18,552 nt of DNA from Candidatus Micrarchaeia archaeon (GTDB lineage Archaea > Micrarchaeota > Micrarchaeia > Micrarchaeales > CABMGC01): positions 1 through 18,552 of the forward strand of contig JBMFWW010000014.1 in NCBI GenBank assembly GCA_049964835.1, given 5' to 3'. Below, one piece after another: positions 1 to 7,019 of the stretch (its first letter is position 1; every line of letters begins with the position of its first letter). The notes under the pieces were generated by a model. It was not told the DNA's origin and did not search any database. It saw only the letters and a program-made list of their open reading frames with translations. A program made the translations under genes and the position numbers.

Positions 1-1719
1 CAAGAAGAGTTAGGAAGTACATCAGCAACTGTATCTACTGGAAGTCCAACCGGATCTAGTGGGAGTAACGGACAAGGTATAATATATTTAACAAATTTTT
101 TATCTAGTTCAAGTAATATAATAGAACTTAATCTTATAAATGGAAACATAATAAATTCTATAAATCTTAACACAAAAGTTTTTAATCATCCTTACTTTAT
201 TTCCTTAAACGGTCAAGATATTTATATAGTAAATCAAAATGGTGGTCAAAATTATAAGGGCAATATAACTATATATAATGTCCAAACCGATCAACTTTCA
301 TCAATTGATTCAAGTCTTTTTAATTATCCATATGGTATAGCCTTTTACGGTTCTAACGCATATATAACTCAGGCTTTATATACTGGTTCATATTATGGAA
401 ATTTACTTGTATACAACACCCAAACCAATCAACTTTCTTTAATAGATTCTAGTCTTTTTCGTTTCCCAATAGGAATAGCATTCTCCGGCGCGAATGCATA
501 TATAACAAATCAATATAGTGGAGCCGGCAGTAACACAAACGGTAACTTAATTATATACAACACCCAAACCAATCAATTTTCATCAATCGATTCAAATCTT
601 TTTAGTTCGCCTCAAGGAATAGCCTTCTTAGGTGCAAACGCATATATAACTAATCAAAATGGTGGCCAATATGGTTCTGGAAATATAATCATCTACAACA
701 CCCAAACCAATCAATTCTCATCAATCGATTCAAATCTTTTAAGTTCGCCTCAAGGAATAGCCTTCTTAGGTGCAAACGCATATATAACTAATCAAAATGG
801 TGGCCAATATGGTTCTGGAAATATAATCATCTACAACACCCAAACCAATCAATTCTCATCAATCGATTCAAATCTTTTTAGTTCGCCTCAAGGAATAACT
901 TTTTATAATTCAAATGCATATATAGATAATGAAAATGGAGGATTACTTCAAACTGGAAATTTAATAAATTTTAATACTTTAGATAATTTAGTAACTGAAG
1001 GTCCAAGTTTTACAACTAATAATATGTTATATTATCCAAAATTAATTATTCTAAATGGGACTTCTGGTTATTTTATAGGGAAGCAATATTTAAGTTATGC
1101 TATATTTACAATAAATCTCCTCACAAATACTATCAGCAAAATTAGTTCCAACATAAATCCTATACTTCTTCCTTTTGGTTTAGCAATATACAATAAGAAT
1201 TTATATATTACAAATTCTGTAGCTAATATTGTTTTATACAACATACAAACTAATCAATTCTCAACCATCGACTCCTCTCTTTTTGATGATCCTACCGGAA
1301 TAGCCTTCTACGGTTCTAATGCGTATATAACTAATTATGAAGGCGGTTATTATAGTTCTGGCAATATAATAATCTACAACACCCAAACCAATCAATTTTC
1401 ATCAATTGATTCCTCCACGTTTGATAATCCTACTGGTATTTCTTTTTCCGGCCCAAACGCATATATAATAAACCAGTTCGGTGGCCAATATGGTTCTGGA
1501 AACTTAATTATATACAACACCCAAACCAATCAATTCTTATACTATGACTCAAAAAAATTTGATTTTCCCGAATATATAACAAAATCTGGAAGTAATTTAT
1601 ATATTTATAATCAAGTAGTAGGTAATATTTTAGTCTACAATCCATCACAAAATGAAATAGTAAACACCATAACAACGGTATCTTCTGGTTATCATATCAC
1701 TGGAATGTCTAATACTTGA
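1..1719 (+). CDS. 5'-partial beta-propeller repeat protein (YVTN/NHL-like blades), probable secreted or surface protein
   Basis: Frame 1 is open from base 1 (QEELGSTSATVSTGSPTGSSGSNGQG...) to TGA at 1717-1719, so the ORF-track start at 1024 is internal. There are about 8 recognisable ~46-aa units (YNTQTNQFSSIDSxLFxxPxGIAFxGxNAYITNxxGGxYGSGNIII) after a Ser/Gly/Thr linker. Confidence 0.85.
   Translation, partial: QEELGSTSATVSTGSPTGSSGSNGQGIIYLTNFLSSSSNIIELNLINGNIINSINLNTKVFNHPYFISLNGQDIYIVNQNGGQNYKGNITIYNVQTDQLSSIDSSLFNYPYGIAFYGSNAYITQALYTGSYYGNLLVYNTQTNQLSLIDSSLFRFPIGIAFSGANAYITNQYSGAGSNTNGNLIIYNTQTNQFSSIDSNLFSSPQGIAFLGANAYITNQNGGQYGSGNIIIYNTQTNQFSSIDSNLLSSPQGIAFLGANAYITNQNGGQYGSGNIIIYNTQTNQFSSIDSNLFSSPQGITFYNSNAYIDNENGGLLQTGNLINFNTLDNLVTEGPSFTTNNMLYYPKLIILNGTSGYFIGKQYLSYAIFTINLLTNTISKISSNINPILLPFGLAIYNKNLYITNSVANIVLYNIQTNQFSTIDSSLFDDPTGIAFYGSNAYITNYEGGYYSSGNIIIYNTQTNQFSSIDSSTFDNPTGISFSGPNAYIINQFGGQYGSGNLIIYNTQTNQFLYYDSKKFDFPEYITKSGSNLYIYNQVVGNILVYNPSQNEIVNTITTVSSGYHITGMSNT
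556..897 (+). repeat. Near-perfect in-frame tandem repeat, 138-bp unit, about 2.5 copies
   Basis: Units start with TACAACACCCAAACC at 556, 694 and 832. The only differences seen are ttttca/ttctca and ctttttagt/cttttaagt. More diverged units start at about 274, 412, 1237, 1375 and 1513. Confidence 0.95.
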
Positions 1720-1860
1720 CATACCGTTTTGTTACTTTCTTAGTTAGCCCAAAATTATTACTTTAAATAAATAAAATTTAATTCAGTAAATAAATGAGTA
1801 AATAAAATACGGTAATATTTGATTATATTTATTGCAACTATAAGTAACCTAAAATTTTAG

Positions 1861-1968
1861 TGGGCCCGGAGAGATTTGAACTCTCGACCTCCCGATTTCT
1901 GCAGTGATCAAACCTTATTTAAAAGTTTATATCAGTCGGGTGCTCCAACCAAACTAAGCTACAAGCCC
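1861..1968 (-). tRNA. tRNA-Ile(GAU) with a 33-nt intron at canonical position 37/38 (intron about 1897-1929); CCA not encoded
   Basis: Reverse complement reads GGGCTTG-TA-GCTT AGTTTGGTTG GAGC-A-CCCGA CT GAT A [TAAACTTTTAAATAAGGTTTGATCACTGCAGAA] A TCGGG-AGGTC-GAGAG TTCAAAT CTCTC-CGGGCCC-A. All four stems pair and the spliced product is 75 nt. Confidence 0.92.
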
Positions 1969-1983
1969 TTATATTTAATATGA

Positions 1984-1998
1984 ACTTAAAAGTCTTTA
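1984..1998 (-). promoter_or_regulatory. Putative BRE/TATA promoter of tRNA-Ile
   Basis: Minus strand TAAAGAC-TTTTAAG lies about 20 nt upstream of the tRNA. It closely resembles TAAAGTC-TTTTATA upstream of the exosortase gene. Confidence 0.4.
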
Positions 1999-2013
1999 TT
2001 ATTTTCTAATTAC

Positions 2014-2964
2014 TTATTTGTTTATATATTTTTTAAATAAATCAAAATCATTATCCATAATTTTACTTATTCTTTTAAATCTTAATGCTGCGGCAGGATG
2101 GAATGTTATCATATATTGTATATTATTAATTTTTATTAATTCACCATGATGCTTTGAAACTTTATCAATATTAAGTAGTACCTTTGTTGATATGCTTCCT
2201 AATGTTATTATAAATTTAGGTTTTATTATCTCTATCTGCTTTATAAGAAAGTTCTTGCATATATAGATTTCTTTATCTGTCGGTATTCTATTTTTAGGAG
2301 GGAAAAATTGTACTGCACTTGTTATATAACATGAATCTCTACTTATTCCAAGTCTTTCAATCTTACTATTTAATAAAACTCCGCTTCTTCCTATAAATGG
2401 CAATAATTTTTCATCTTCTAATCTTCCAGGCGCTTGCCCAACTATCATCACATCGGTATTCAAAGGCCCATATCCTTTTACATACTTTTTACTTAAATCC
2501 CAATTTTTATTTATGTAAGGTAATTTAGCATATTCTTTATTTAAATCATGAATCTTTTCATATTTCAATATATACTCATAAGCCTTACTTATTACATGTT
2601 TCAAATTATCATAAGCTATCTTTTCTAGAGCACTTTCTATTTCCAGCCATTCATAACCTTTATGTTCTTTTGATACCTTTACATTTTGTGTTGAAGACTT
2701 ACCTATAAAATAAACAACACTTTTTTCTACAAGTTTATTACTTCTAAACTGATACTCAATTTTCATAGAAAAGTGCTCCAATATTTTAGGTTTTAAAGAA
2801 GTTTCTTCAAAAATCTCTCTTTTCGCAGCAGATAGATCATCTTCATCATTTTCAAGATGGCCTTTTGGCATATCATATCTGTTATCACCTTTAAGAAGCA
2901 AAATAAGTATCTCCTTATTTTTTCTATAATATACTACTGCTCCTGCACTTCTTTCCTTTATCAT
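2014..2964 (-). CDS. Fusion of a Nudix hydrolase (Ap4A-hydrolase-like) and a family-4-like uracil-DNA glycosylase
   Basis: N-terminal SAGAVVY and Nudix box GHLENDEDDLSAAKREIFEETSL, plus SKEHKGYEW. C-terminal UDG motifs MIVGQAPG..ED...PFIGRSG, PPKNRIPT..EI..C, IITLG and FHPAAALR. Confidence 0.9.
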   Translation of the reverse strand: MIKERSAGAVVYYRKNKEILILLLKGDNRYDMPKGHLENDEDDLSAAKREIFEETSLKPKILEHFSMKIEYQFRSNKLVEKSVVYFIGKSSTQNVKVSKEHKGYEWLEIESALEKIAYDNLKHVISKAYEYILKYEKIHDLNKEYAKLPYINKNWDLSKKYVKGYGPLNTDVMIVGQAPGRLEDEKLLPFIGRSGVLLNSKIERLGISRDSCYITSAVQFFPPKNRIPTDKEIYICKNFLIKQIEIIKPKFIITLGSISTKVLLNIDKVSKHHGELIKINNIQYMITFHPAAALRFKRISKIMDNDFDLFKKYINK

Positions 2965-4472
2965 ATCTTCACCAAGTTATCTATTATACAAGCTCCCTTA
3001 TTCAAATCTTTGGTTACTGTACTGTTATAGAAATGGAATGATAGAGAGTTATAAATTATATCTTGTAAATTTTCTTTATAACTACAACTATAATATTTTA
3101 AACTACTTGTAGGAATTATTGCATATAAATATTCAACTCCAAATTCTAGTGTAGATATATTATAAGGTAATCCTTCTTCAAAAACAACAAAAGAGGTACT
3201 ATTTGAAATGTTATAGTAAAATGTACTGGTAATCCCATTTTTATTTATCACAAATGTTGGCGAATTCTTATAAACAAATGAGCTATTAAAGTAAGAAAAT
3301 ATTATCGGAGATGTAGTATTTATTTCGCTTTCATTATGATAAACTTCCAGAGCATAGCTATTATTTCCATTTTTTACAACTCCTACGGGATAATTGCTTA
3401 TATTTATGTAACTCACTAATTGCTTTAGTTGCAATGTACTATTTAAATTATTTAGTGCATTTTGATATGATCTTGCATAAACTACATTGTAATTTAGATA
3501 AAGAAAGAGGTAACTAATTGCAAATATAAATGACAGTGTAATTCCAAAATAAATACTTTTTTTATTTTTTATAAACTGATTTTTTAAATGAGGTACACTC
3601 AAACCAAACTTTCCAGCTAAAAGCAAAACTATAATTATACTTAGATAGAATAAGAAAATTCCTGCAAATTCATGAAATAGCAGTAATCCTGATGTGGGCC
3701 CGTTAAGTATCCATTCCAAAGCAATAAAGGTCATTCTTATTATATTTATTAAAAGAAGTGTAAAAACACCAAAAACTATCCAAAAAATCTTTTTTTTATT
3801 TTTTCCATTGAAAAAAAAGGCTACTGGCAACAATAAGAAAATTATTGCTATTAATAGTCCTAATCCGACGCAACTCTCTCCAATACCTATTCTATAACCA
3901 TTAGCAATTATGGTTATCGGAGCAGAGTAAACAATGCCCTTTATTGATATACTTAAAATATAATATACTAATTTAGTATTTAATATTGTGAAAAGTGAAT
4001 TTAAGTTTATTAAAAAAGATAAAACGAAAGGAGATGTAAATATAGAATATAAATACAAGATATAAAATTTTTTGATATTTTTAATTCCAAAAAGCAACGT
4101 TACGAAAACAACGAGTAATAAAGGCAGCAATATCAAATCAATTCTATAAGCTAAAAATAAATATGAAAGATAAACTCTCATATAAAATGTTATTATTATC
4201 AATAGCAAAAATAATACTATACTTGATATTATATCTATTTTTTTAACATTTATTTTAATATTTTTCTTTATATAAAAAAAGCCAAATATTGGTAACATCA
4301 ATATTGGTATAATAACATAAGTTGATGGATTTGTATCACTTATTCTTGAATTTGTTAATGTTATGTTGTATAAAATACTTAAGGCTATAAATATTGCAAA
4401 AAGTACAAAGGCCAAGTTCTTATTATATTTCATAAAAACACTTATGTCCTCAGCCGATATAGGCGTCATCAT
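2961..4472 (-). CDS. Exosortase/archaeosortase family membrane transpeptidase with a C-terminal soluble domain
   Basis: Many hydrophobic segments. The Cys-Arg-His triad occurs in family context: IGESCVGL, NIIRM, FHEFAG. A hydrophilic N/S/Y-rich tail of about 170 aa follows. ATGA overlap with the Nudix-UDG gene at 2961-2964. Confidence 0.8.
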   Translation of the reverse strand: MMTPISAEDISVFMKYNKNLAFVLFAIFIALSILYNITLTNSRISDTNPSTYVIIPILMLPIFGFFYIKKNIKINVKKIDIISSIVLFLLLIIITFYMRVYLSYLFLAYRIDLILLPLLLVVFVTLLFGIKNIKKFYILYLYSIFTSPFVLSFLINLNSLFTILNTKLVYYILSISIKGIVYSAPITIIANGYRIGIGESCVGLGLLIAIIFLLLPVAFFFNGKNKKKIFWIVFGVFTLLLINIIRMTFIALEWILNGPTSGLLLFHEFAGIFLFYLSIIIVLLLAGKFGLSVPHLKNQFIKNKKSIYFGITLSFIFAISYLFLYLNYNVVYARSYQNALNNLNSTLQLKQLVSYINISNYPVGVVKNGNNSYALEVYHNESEINTTSPIIFSYFNSSFVYKNSPTFVINKNGITSTFYYNISNSTSFVVFEEGLPYNISTLEFGVEYLYAIIPTSSLKYYSCSYKENLQDIIYNSLSFHFYNSTVTKDLNKGACIIDNLVKI

Positions 4473-4523
4473 TTTTCAGCAGTTACTCTTGTCTTCACAG
4501 GACAATAATTATTTTTCCCTAAG

Positions 4524-4549
4524 CATATAAAAGACTTTACAATTAAAGT
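4524..4549. promoter_or_regulatory. Divergent promoter region between exosortase and archease
   Basis: TATAAAA at 4526-4532 is 24-30 nt before the archease ATG (leaderless spacing) and reads AAAGTC-TTTTATA on the minus strand. Palindrome ACTTTA-caat-TAAAGT at 4534-4549. Confidence 0.45.
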
Positions 4550-4555
4550 AATTAT

Positions 4556-5002
4556 ATGTCTTTACATAAAAAATACAGATACTTTAATCATACTGCAGAC
4601 ATATCCTTCTTTGCTTACGGGAAAGATGAGAAAGAATGCTTTAAAAATTCTGCGTATGCGATGTTTAATGTGATGTATGATGAAAAAAATTTTAATAAAG
4701 AAAAAATTAAAAAGAGCGTTATAAAAATAAATGAAAAGGCAAATTCAAAAGAAGATTTGCTTTGGTTCTTTTTGCAGAAAATAATTACTACTATTTATTC
4801 TAAGTCAATATCAATATTTGACATTAAAAAATTAAATATAACTAAAAAAAATAATCTTTTTTATTTAAAAGCAGAGCTATTTTTTATTAAAAATCTAAGG
4901 CAGGAAGATTTTTTAATGGACATAAAAGCAGTAACTCCACACAACATAGAGATAATTAAATACAAAAATGGATACAGATCAAGATTAACTTTGGATATAT
5001 AA
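4556..5002 (+). CDS. Archease (RtcB tRNA-ligase activator, DUF101)
   Basis: 148 aa with YRYFNHTADI near the N-terminus, DIKAVTPH, and terminal LDI, the characteristic archease motifs. Confidence 0.93.
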   Translation: MSLHKKYRYFNHTADISFFAYGKDEKECFKNSAYAMFNVMYDEKNFNKEKIKKSVIKINEKANSKEDLLWFFLQKIITTIYSKSISIFDIKKLNITKKNNLFYLKAELFFIKNLRQEDFLMDIKAVTPHNIEIIKYKNGYRSRLTLDI

Positions 5003-5059
5003 AACTATAAATATCTGAAAAAGTCAATGTTTTTATCATATAAATATAATTGTGTTTTT

Positions 5060-6439
5060 ATGGCGTTAGAACGAATATATTCAAATCAACAGAGCGAAGA
5101 GCGAAGCGAAATAATAAAAATTCTGAATGGGATCCCAAGTAAGGCAGTGCTTTTTAATCTTATATCTAAATATAAAGACGCACCTTCATTTATTTTATCA
5201 AGAGAGGATTTATCAAAAAAAATATTTGATTTTGGGACTGGAAAGACATATGCTCACGAACTTGTAAAACTTAGCTTATCCTCAAGTTTAAGGGCAATGA
5301 ATTCACCAAATATTTGGGCAATAAAAGATAAGTCTGGTTGGAGTGTTGGTCATGAAGCGGCAATTTCACATATAGAAGTAGCAAAAGAATGTATAAAAAA
5401 TCAAAACTCATCAGAACTTTTAAGTATTCAAGATGTAAAAGGCTATACAGTTGCAAACGCCATTTTAAATAAGTACAAGAATATCTTGAATAATGAAGAA
5501 TTAGTTTTTATACGTATTTTTATCGAAAGCAATAAAAATAATGTAGAAAATAAAACTGGGCAGAATATTGGGTCTTCTCAAAAAAATGCAGATAACATCA
5601 ATGTGCAATCAGATACTCCAATAAAAACTTCTACTACTGAAAATAAAGTTTCAAATACACCTGTAGGAGCTCAAGAATTGATTGATTTGGAAGAGCATCT
5701 TAAAGACCAAATAAGAGATGATGAAAATAAGAATTTTTATTATGATGAAAAAAAAGAGATATACGATCAAATTGCTTCTATGGTAAAAAAAGGCCAGATT
5801 ATAAAATTACAACAGCTTCTTAAAGATGATAACCTTTTAACTAACTATATGGTTTCAAATAATATAGGACTTGATATTGTATTAAATCATAAAGGTCATA
5901 CTGTTGGTCATCTTCTTGCAGCTTCTAATGAAAGTTTAGCAATAAAATTAATATCTAACCTTAAAACCGCTGAAATTGCAACAAAAGACAAAAATTGGTC
6001 TATTGCTCATGAGGCAGTACTACATTATAAAAATGCAGCTCATGTTGCAATGAACTCAGAAAATATATGGGACATTTCAGAAAATAATGGAAAATCTGTT
6101 GGTCATGTTGCTGTTAGAACACATAAAGATATAGCAATGCTATGTCTTGGTCATGAAAATTCAAAAAGACTTCTTCTTGTAGAAGATGATAACATGATGA
6201 CTGTCGCACATGCTGGACTTTACTGGTCAGAATTTTCATTAATGGTTTTAGAAGATAAAGAGTTATACTCTATAAAAGATTATTCTGGAAGAACTCTTGC
6301 ATTAATTGCAGTTACAATGCATGCAAGTTCAGCAAGGAAGGTTTTGCGTGTACCTGAACGATATATATCTGTACTGGGACAAAAAGATGGTTCACAATTA
6401 ATACGCGCTGCAAAGCAGAAATTGGCAGAGCAAAAGTAG
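5060..6439 (+). CDS. Ankyrin-like repeat protein (likely start ATG 5060; ORF track starts at 5027)
   Basis: Repeated G-x-[TS]-x-[AG]-H-x-A-like motifs at about 33-36 aa spacing: GKTYAHEL, GWSVGHEAA, GYTVANAI, GHTVGHLLA, NWSIAHEAV, GKSVGHVAV, MMTVAHAG, GRTLALIAV. They form two clusters split by an N/T/K/S-rich linker. Confidence 0.65.
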   Translation: MALERIYSNQQSEERSEIIKILNGIPSKAVLFNLISKYKDAPSFILSREDLSKKIFDFGTGKTYAHELVKLSLSSSLRAMNSPNIWAIKDKSGWSVGHEAAISHIEVAKECIKNQNSSELLSIQDVKGYTVANAILNKYKNILNNEELVFIRIFIESNKNNVENKTGQNIGSSQKNADNINVQSDTPIKTSTTENKVSNTPVGAQELIDLEEHLKDQIRDDENKNFYYDEKKEIYDQIASMVKKGQIIKLQQLLKDDNLLTNYMVSNNIGLDIVLNHKGHTVGHLLAASNESLAIKLISNLKTAEIATKDKNWSIAHEAVLHYKNAAHVAMNSENIWDISENNGKSVGHVAVRTHKDIAMLCLGHENSKRLLLVEDDNMMTVAHAGLYWSEFSLMVLEDKELYSIKDYSGRTLALIAVTMHASSARKVLRVPERYISVLGQKDGSQLIRAAKQKLAEQK

Positions 6440-6460
6440 TACAAAAAACTCTTTTATATA

Positions 6461-6545
6461 AATGAATAACTAAATCTACAGAAACAATAAATTCAGGTTT
6501 ATTGTTTATGTGTTTTTTTACATTTTACTTATTCATTTTTTTTGT
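6461..6545 (+). terminator. Long AT-rich hairpin with T-tracts after the ankyrin gene (putative terminator)
   Basis: Perfect 10-bp stem AAACAATAAA (6482-6491) / TTTATTGTTT (6498-6507), nested in AATGAATAA (6461-6469) / TTATTCATT (6529-6537), with T7-T8 runs. Confidence 0.45.
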
Positions 6546-6571
6546 GTTAGTTTTTTGAAATAATGATTTAA

Positions 6572-6690
6572 GTTCTCTCGCTATCAAGAAAACAGGGGAA
6601 ATGAAATAGTAAAGAATCGTCCTGCTGGGAAGAGAACAATGAGGACATAACAGTCCCTAAATGCAGTTGCGATAATTAAAGGTCGCAACG
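6572..6690. ncRNA. Candidate structured non-coding RNA of unknown family
   Basis: About 42% GC (50/120 counted, 6571-6690) versus about 18% in the preceding 120 nt, with no credible ORF. Stems: GTTCTCT/AGAGAAC, CAGG/CCTG, GGAC/GTCC, GTTGCGAT/GTCGCAAC. Confidence 0.35.
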
Positions 6691-6800
6691 GTTAATTTTT
6701 ATATTTGAAGAATCGGATAGAAAAAGGTGCATCATATCTAAAATTAGATCTAAATATAAGAAAATATACTTTATATATCAAATATTGTTTTAGTATAGTA

Positions 6801-6819
6801 CATAGGATATAATCCTATG
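6801..6819. repeat. Perfect 8-bp inverted repeat (possible operator, or hairpin downstream of tRNA-Cys)
   Basis: CATAGGAT-ata-ATCCTATG. Confidence 0.6.
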
Positions 6820-6853
6820 ATTTAATGTAATGCAAATTAAGTAACAAACATAA

Positions 6854-6924
6854 AGCCAGGAGAGGGAATCGAACCCCCCTTTTCCGCTCTGCAGGCGGAC
6901 GCATAGCCTATCTGCCATCCTGGC
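6854..6924 (-). tRNA. tRNA-Cys(GCA), intronless, CCA not encoded
   Basis: Reverse complement reads GCCAGGA-TG-GCAGATAGGCTATGC-G-TCCGC CT GCA GA GCGGA-AAAG-GGGGG TTCGATT CCCTC-TCCTGGC-T. The U73 discriminator is typical of tRNA-Cys. Confidence 0.96.
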
Positions 6925-7019
6925 GTAGTTTTTCTACTTTTAAAAACAATACATTAATTTATTTTATTTTAAGATAAGTATTTAAAGTATAAATATCTAG
7001 ATATTTAAATGGTGTGTAA

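Noticed and set aside
556..897. CRISPR array or DGR template/variable repeat pair
   Set aside because: Units are contiguous, in-frame 138-bp coding repeats with no unique spacers. The few differences are not adenine-specific, and no cas or reverse transcriptase gene is present.
1899..1905. CTGCAGA in the tRNA-Ile intron, identical to the tRNA-Cys anticodon loop (alternative splicing to Cys?)
   Set aside because: Using it would leave a 9-nt loop, and the tRNA body has an A73 discriminator and Ile-type stems. CAG is explained by pairing with C32-U33-G34.
6508..6558. 16-aa hydrophobic micro-ORF MCFFTFYLFIFFVLVF
   Set aside because: Expected by chance from a T-rich tract; no RBS or other support.
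6636..6662. Hammerhead or C/D-box resemblance (AATGA-GGAC...GTCC-CTAA)
   Set aside because: It lacks the CUGANGA and GAAA hammerhead cores and has no proper CUGA D box.
6581..6760. SAM-I riboswitch-like words (TATCAAGA ... GCAAC ... GGTGC ... GAT)
   Set aside because: Spacing is too long, P1/P2 kink-turn and pseudoknot pairings could not be built, and no same-strand gene follows directly.
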